DNA of 64,000 nucleotides from Thermodesulfobacteriota bacterium (GTDB lineage Bacteria; Desulfobacterota_D; UBA1144; Nemesobacterales; Mycalebacteriaceae), in the NCBI GenBank assembly GCA_965205855.1, contig OZ242184.1, forward strand, positions 1,056,001 through 1,120,000, written 5' to 3'. The notes under the pieces were generated by a model. The model made no database searches and was not told where the DNA came from. It saw only the letters and a program-made list of their open reading frames with translations. Made by a program: the position numbers and the translations under genes. Shown in pieces: positions 62,154 to 64,000 of the stretch. Positions within the stretch are counted from its first letter, which is position 1; each line of letters starts with the position of its first letter.

Positions 62154-63431
62154 ATGAAAGTTCTCGTAATCGGCGGTGGCGGAAGAGAAGATGCGCTTTG
62201 CTGGAAAATCGCAAACAGTCCTCTTGTTTCAGAGGTTATATGCGCTCCGGGCAATGCGGGAATCTCAAAGCGTGCGCGTTGTTTTCCCGTCCCGGCGGAC
62301 GATATTGAAGGGCTTACCTCTCTTGCTCTTTCAGAGAAGGCGGACCTCGTGGTTGTGGGGCCGGAAGTTTCTCTTTGTCTGGGCATTGCCGACCGTCTGG
62401 AATCGGACAATATAAAGGTCTTCGGCCCTTCAAAAGCGGCAGCGGAGCTTGAAGGAAGCAAGGTCTTTTCAAAACAATTTATGGTTAGACACTCAATACC
62501 GACCGCGGATTTCGGGGTGTTTGAAAACGTCGGCGGAGCCATGGATGCCCTCGGACAAATGAGGTTTCCCGTTGTAGTAAAGGCGGACGGTTTGGCCGCA
62601 GGTAAAGGGGTTTTAATCTGCCCGACCCGGTGCGATGCGGAAAATGCGTTGTTGTCCGCCATGCGGGACAAGGTATTTGGAAAGTCTGGGGAAAAAATTG
62701 TAATGGAGCAGTTTTTATACGGAACGGAGATGTCATTTTTCGCCATATCAGACGGGAAAACTGCAATGCCTCTTGATCCATCAAGAGACTACAAACGGCT
62801 TCTTGACAACGACAAGGGCCCCAATACCGGCGGCATGGGAAGTTATACTCCCGCACCGGTTGCCTCAGAAGAAGTTTGTGAAATAATTACCACACAAATT
62901 GTAAATCCCGTCATAAAAGGAATGAGGGAAGAGGGAAGGCCTTATAAAGGAGTCTTGTACGCGGGGCTTATGACAAACGGTAAAGACATAAAAGCACTTG
63001 AGTTCAACTGCCGTTTCGGAGACCCCGAAACGCAACCGATGATGATGAGAATGAAATCGGATATTGTTCCTCTCATGGTTGCGGTGGCGGACGGAGCGCT
63101 GGAGAACGAGAGTCCGCCGGAGTGGAGCAGGAAGTCGGCGGTGTGTGTTATAATGGCTTCAAACGGGTATCCGAACGCTTACGCCAAAGGCGTGGAATTG
63201 AGAGGAATCCCCGATGACAGCGGTGATGTTGTAGTTTTCCATTCGGGAACCGCCGTGAAAAACGGAAAAACTGTTACCGCCGGAGGGCGGGTTCTGGGTA
63301 TTACGGCGCTCGGCGACACAACGAAAAAAGCTGCGGAAGAGGCATACAAAATCGCAAGAGAAATTGAGAAAAAAACGGATAGAGAAGCATTGGTTTACAG
63401 AAATGATATAGGGCACCGGGTTGACGGCTGA
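62154..63431 (+). CDS. purD: Phosphoribosylamine--glycine ligase
   Basis: GGGGRE, KADGLAAGKGV, GPNTGGMG and EFNCRFGDPE motifs. Confidence 0.98.
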   Translation: MKVLVIGGGGREDALCWKIANSPLVSEVICAPGNAGISKRARCFPVPADDIEGLTSLALSEKADLVVVGPEVSLCLGIADRLESDNIKVFGPSKAAAELEGSKVFSKQFMVRHSIPTADFGVFENVGGAMDALGQMRFPVVVKADGLAAGKGVLICPTRCDAENALLSAMRDKVFGKSGEKIVMEQFLYGTEMSFFAISDGKTAMPLDPSRDYKRLLDNDKGPNTGGMGSYTPAPVASEEVCEIITTQIVNPVIKGMREEGRPYKGVLYAGLMTNGKDIKALEFNCRFGDPETQPMMMRMKSDIVPLMVAVADGALENESPPEWSRKSAVCVIMASNGYPNAYAKGVELRGIPDDSGDVVVFHSGTAVKNGKTVTAGGRVLGITALGDTTKKAAEEAYKIAREIEKKTDREALVYRNDIGHRVDG

Positions 63432-63454
63432 TTTCAGACTTATGGAGGTTTACT

Positions 63455-63814
63455 ATGGCTGATATTTTTTACTTTTCCGTTGAGGACAAAGAGGCTTCCG
63501 ATGAAAAGTGGATGTTTAAAATTCCCCTTAAAGACTGCTTGTATTTTTTTGACATCAGACCTTGGCAGAGAGAGTGCGGAATTGATGAATTCCCGAACCT
63601 GATCACCGGAGACCCGCTTGTTGATTCTGGCGGTTATGTACACGTTCTGATGAAAATTTCCGAAGATGAAATACAGGAAAGTGGCGAAGGAAGCTATGAA
63701 CCGGGCTGGTATAAAATGAACATGACCATCATAGAGGTTCAATCAATAATTGCCGAAGTCCGTAAAAACAAAGAGAAAAAACAGCCCACGAGTCGGCAAC
63801 GTAAGAAAAAATAG
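63455..63814 (+). CDS. Hypothetical protein
   Basis: GGAGG RBS; 119 aa, acidic with a basic tail. Confidence 0.75.
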   Translation: MADIFYFSVEDKEASDEKWMFKIPLKDCLYFFDIRPWQRECGIDEFPNLITGDPLVDSGGYVHVLMKISEDEIQESGEGSYEPGWYKMNMTIIEVQSIIAEVRKNKEKKQPTSRQRKKK

Positions 63815-63874
63815 AATATATAAGGGTCAGGTCTTGACCTTTTGGAATTAAAAATTTTATAATCGCCATCAGAA

Positions 63875-64000
63875 ATGGCTCGTCCACTTAGAATAGAGTT
63901 TCCAAACGCCTGTTATTTCGTTACTTCAAAAGGGAACGCAGGCCAACCCATATTCCTCGATTCCGACGACGGAAAACTATGGATACGAACCTTTGAATCC
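63875..64000 (+). mobile_element. RAYT/IS200-like Y1 transposase-family gene, N-terminal part; runs off the window edge
   Basis: MARPLRIEFPNACYFVTSKGNAGQPIFLD; preceded by GGGTCAGGTCTTGA and TTGACC-N18-TATAAT. Confidence 0.8.

Overview
A bacterial chromosomal window, mostly housekeeping genes. The protein styles look deltaproteobacterial (possibly Dadabacteria-like; this is inference only). Bases 436-19550 hold the str-S10-spc-alpha ribosomal supercluster on the minus strand. rpmD is missing, rpmJ was missed by the ORF track, and tuf has an anomalous codon skew. Next come a DinG helicase, tRNA-Ser(CGA) with a decayed AT-rich insert, and RNase R. A compact five-gene operon follows: XRE regulator, membrane sensor-like protein, PilM, a putative PilN/PilP hybrid and PilQ, with a clear promoter and a candidate operator. 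After that come tRNA-Phe, P-II/Amt/porin, ispH-miaB, an SSS transporter, uvrC, gloA, an M42 peptidase and rarA. An apparently foreign icmF carries its own LiuR-type box and is flanked by an OMP remnant and an IS remnant. The rest contains Fe-S carrier genes, prfB with a programmed +1 frameshift, nadK, fmt-aspS-hisIE, rpoZ, oxoprolinase A, a Nudix hydrolase, ssb-glmU-glmS-purD and the start of a RAYT/IS200-like gene. The best candidate for an undescribed system is the XRE/sensor-controlled minimal pilM-X-pilQ operon (24778-28952). All calls come from reading sequence and motifs by eye; no database searches were run.
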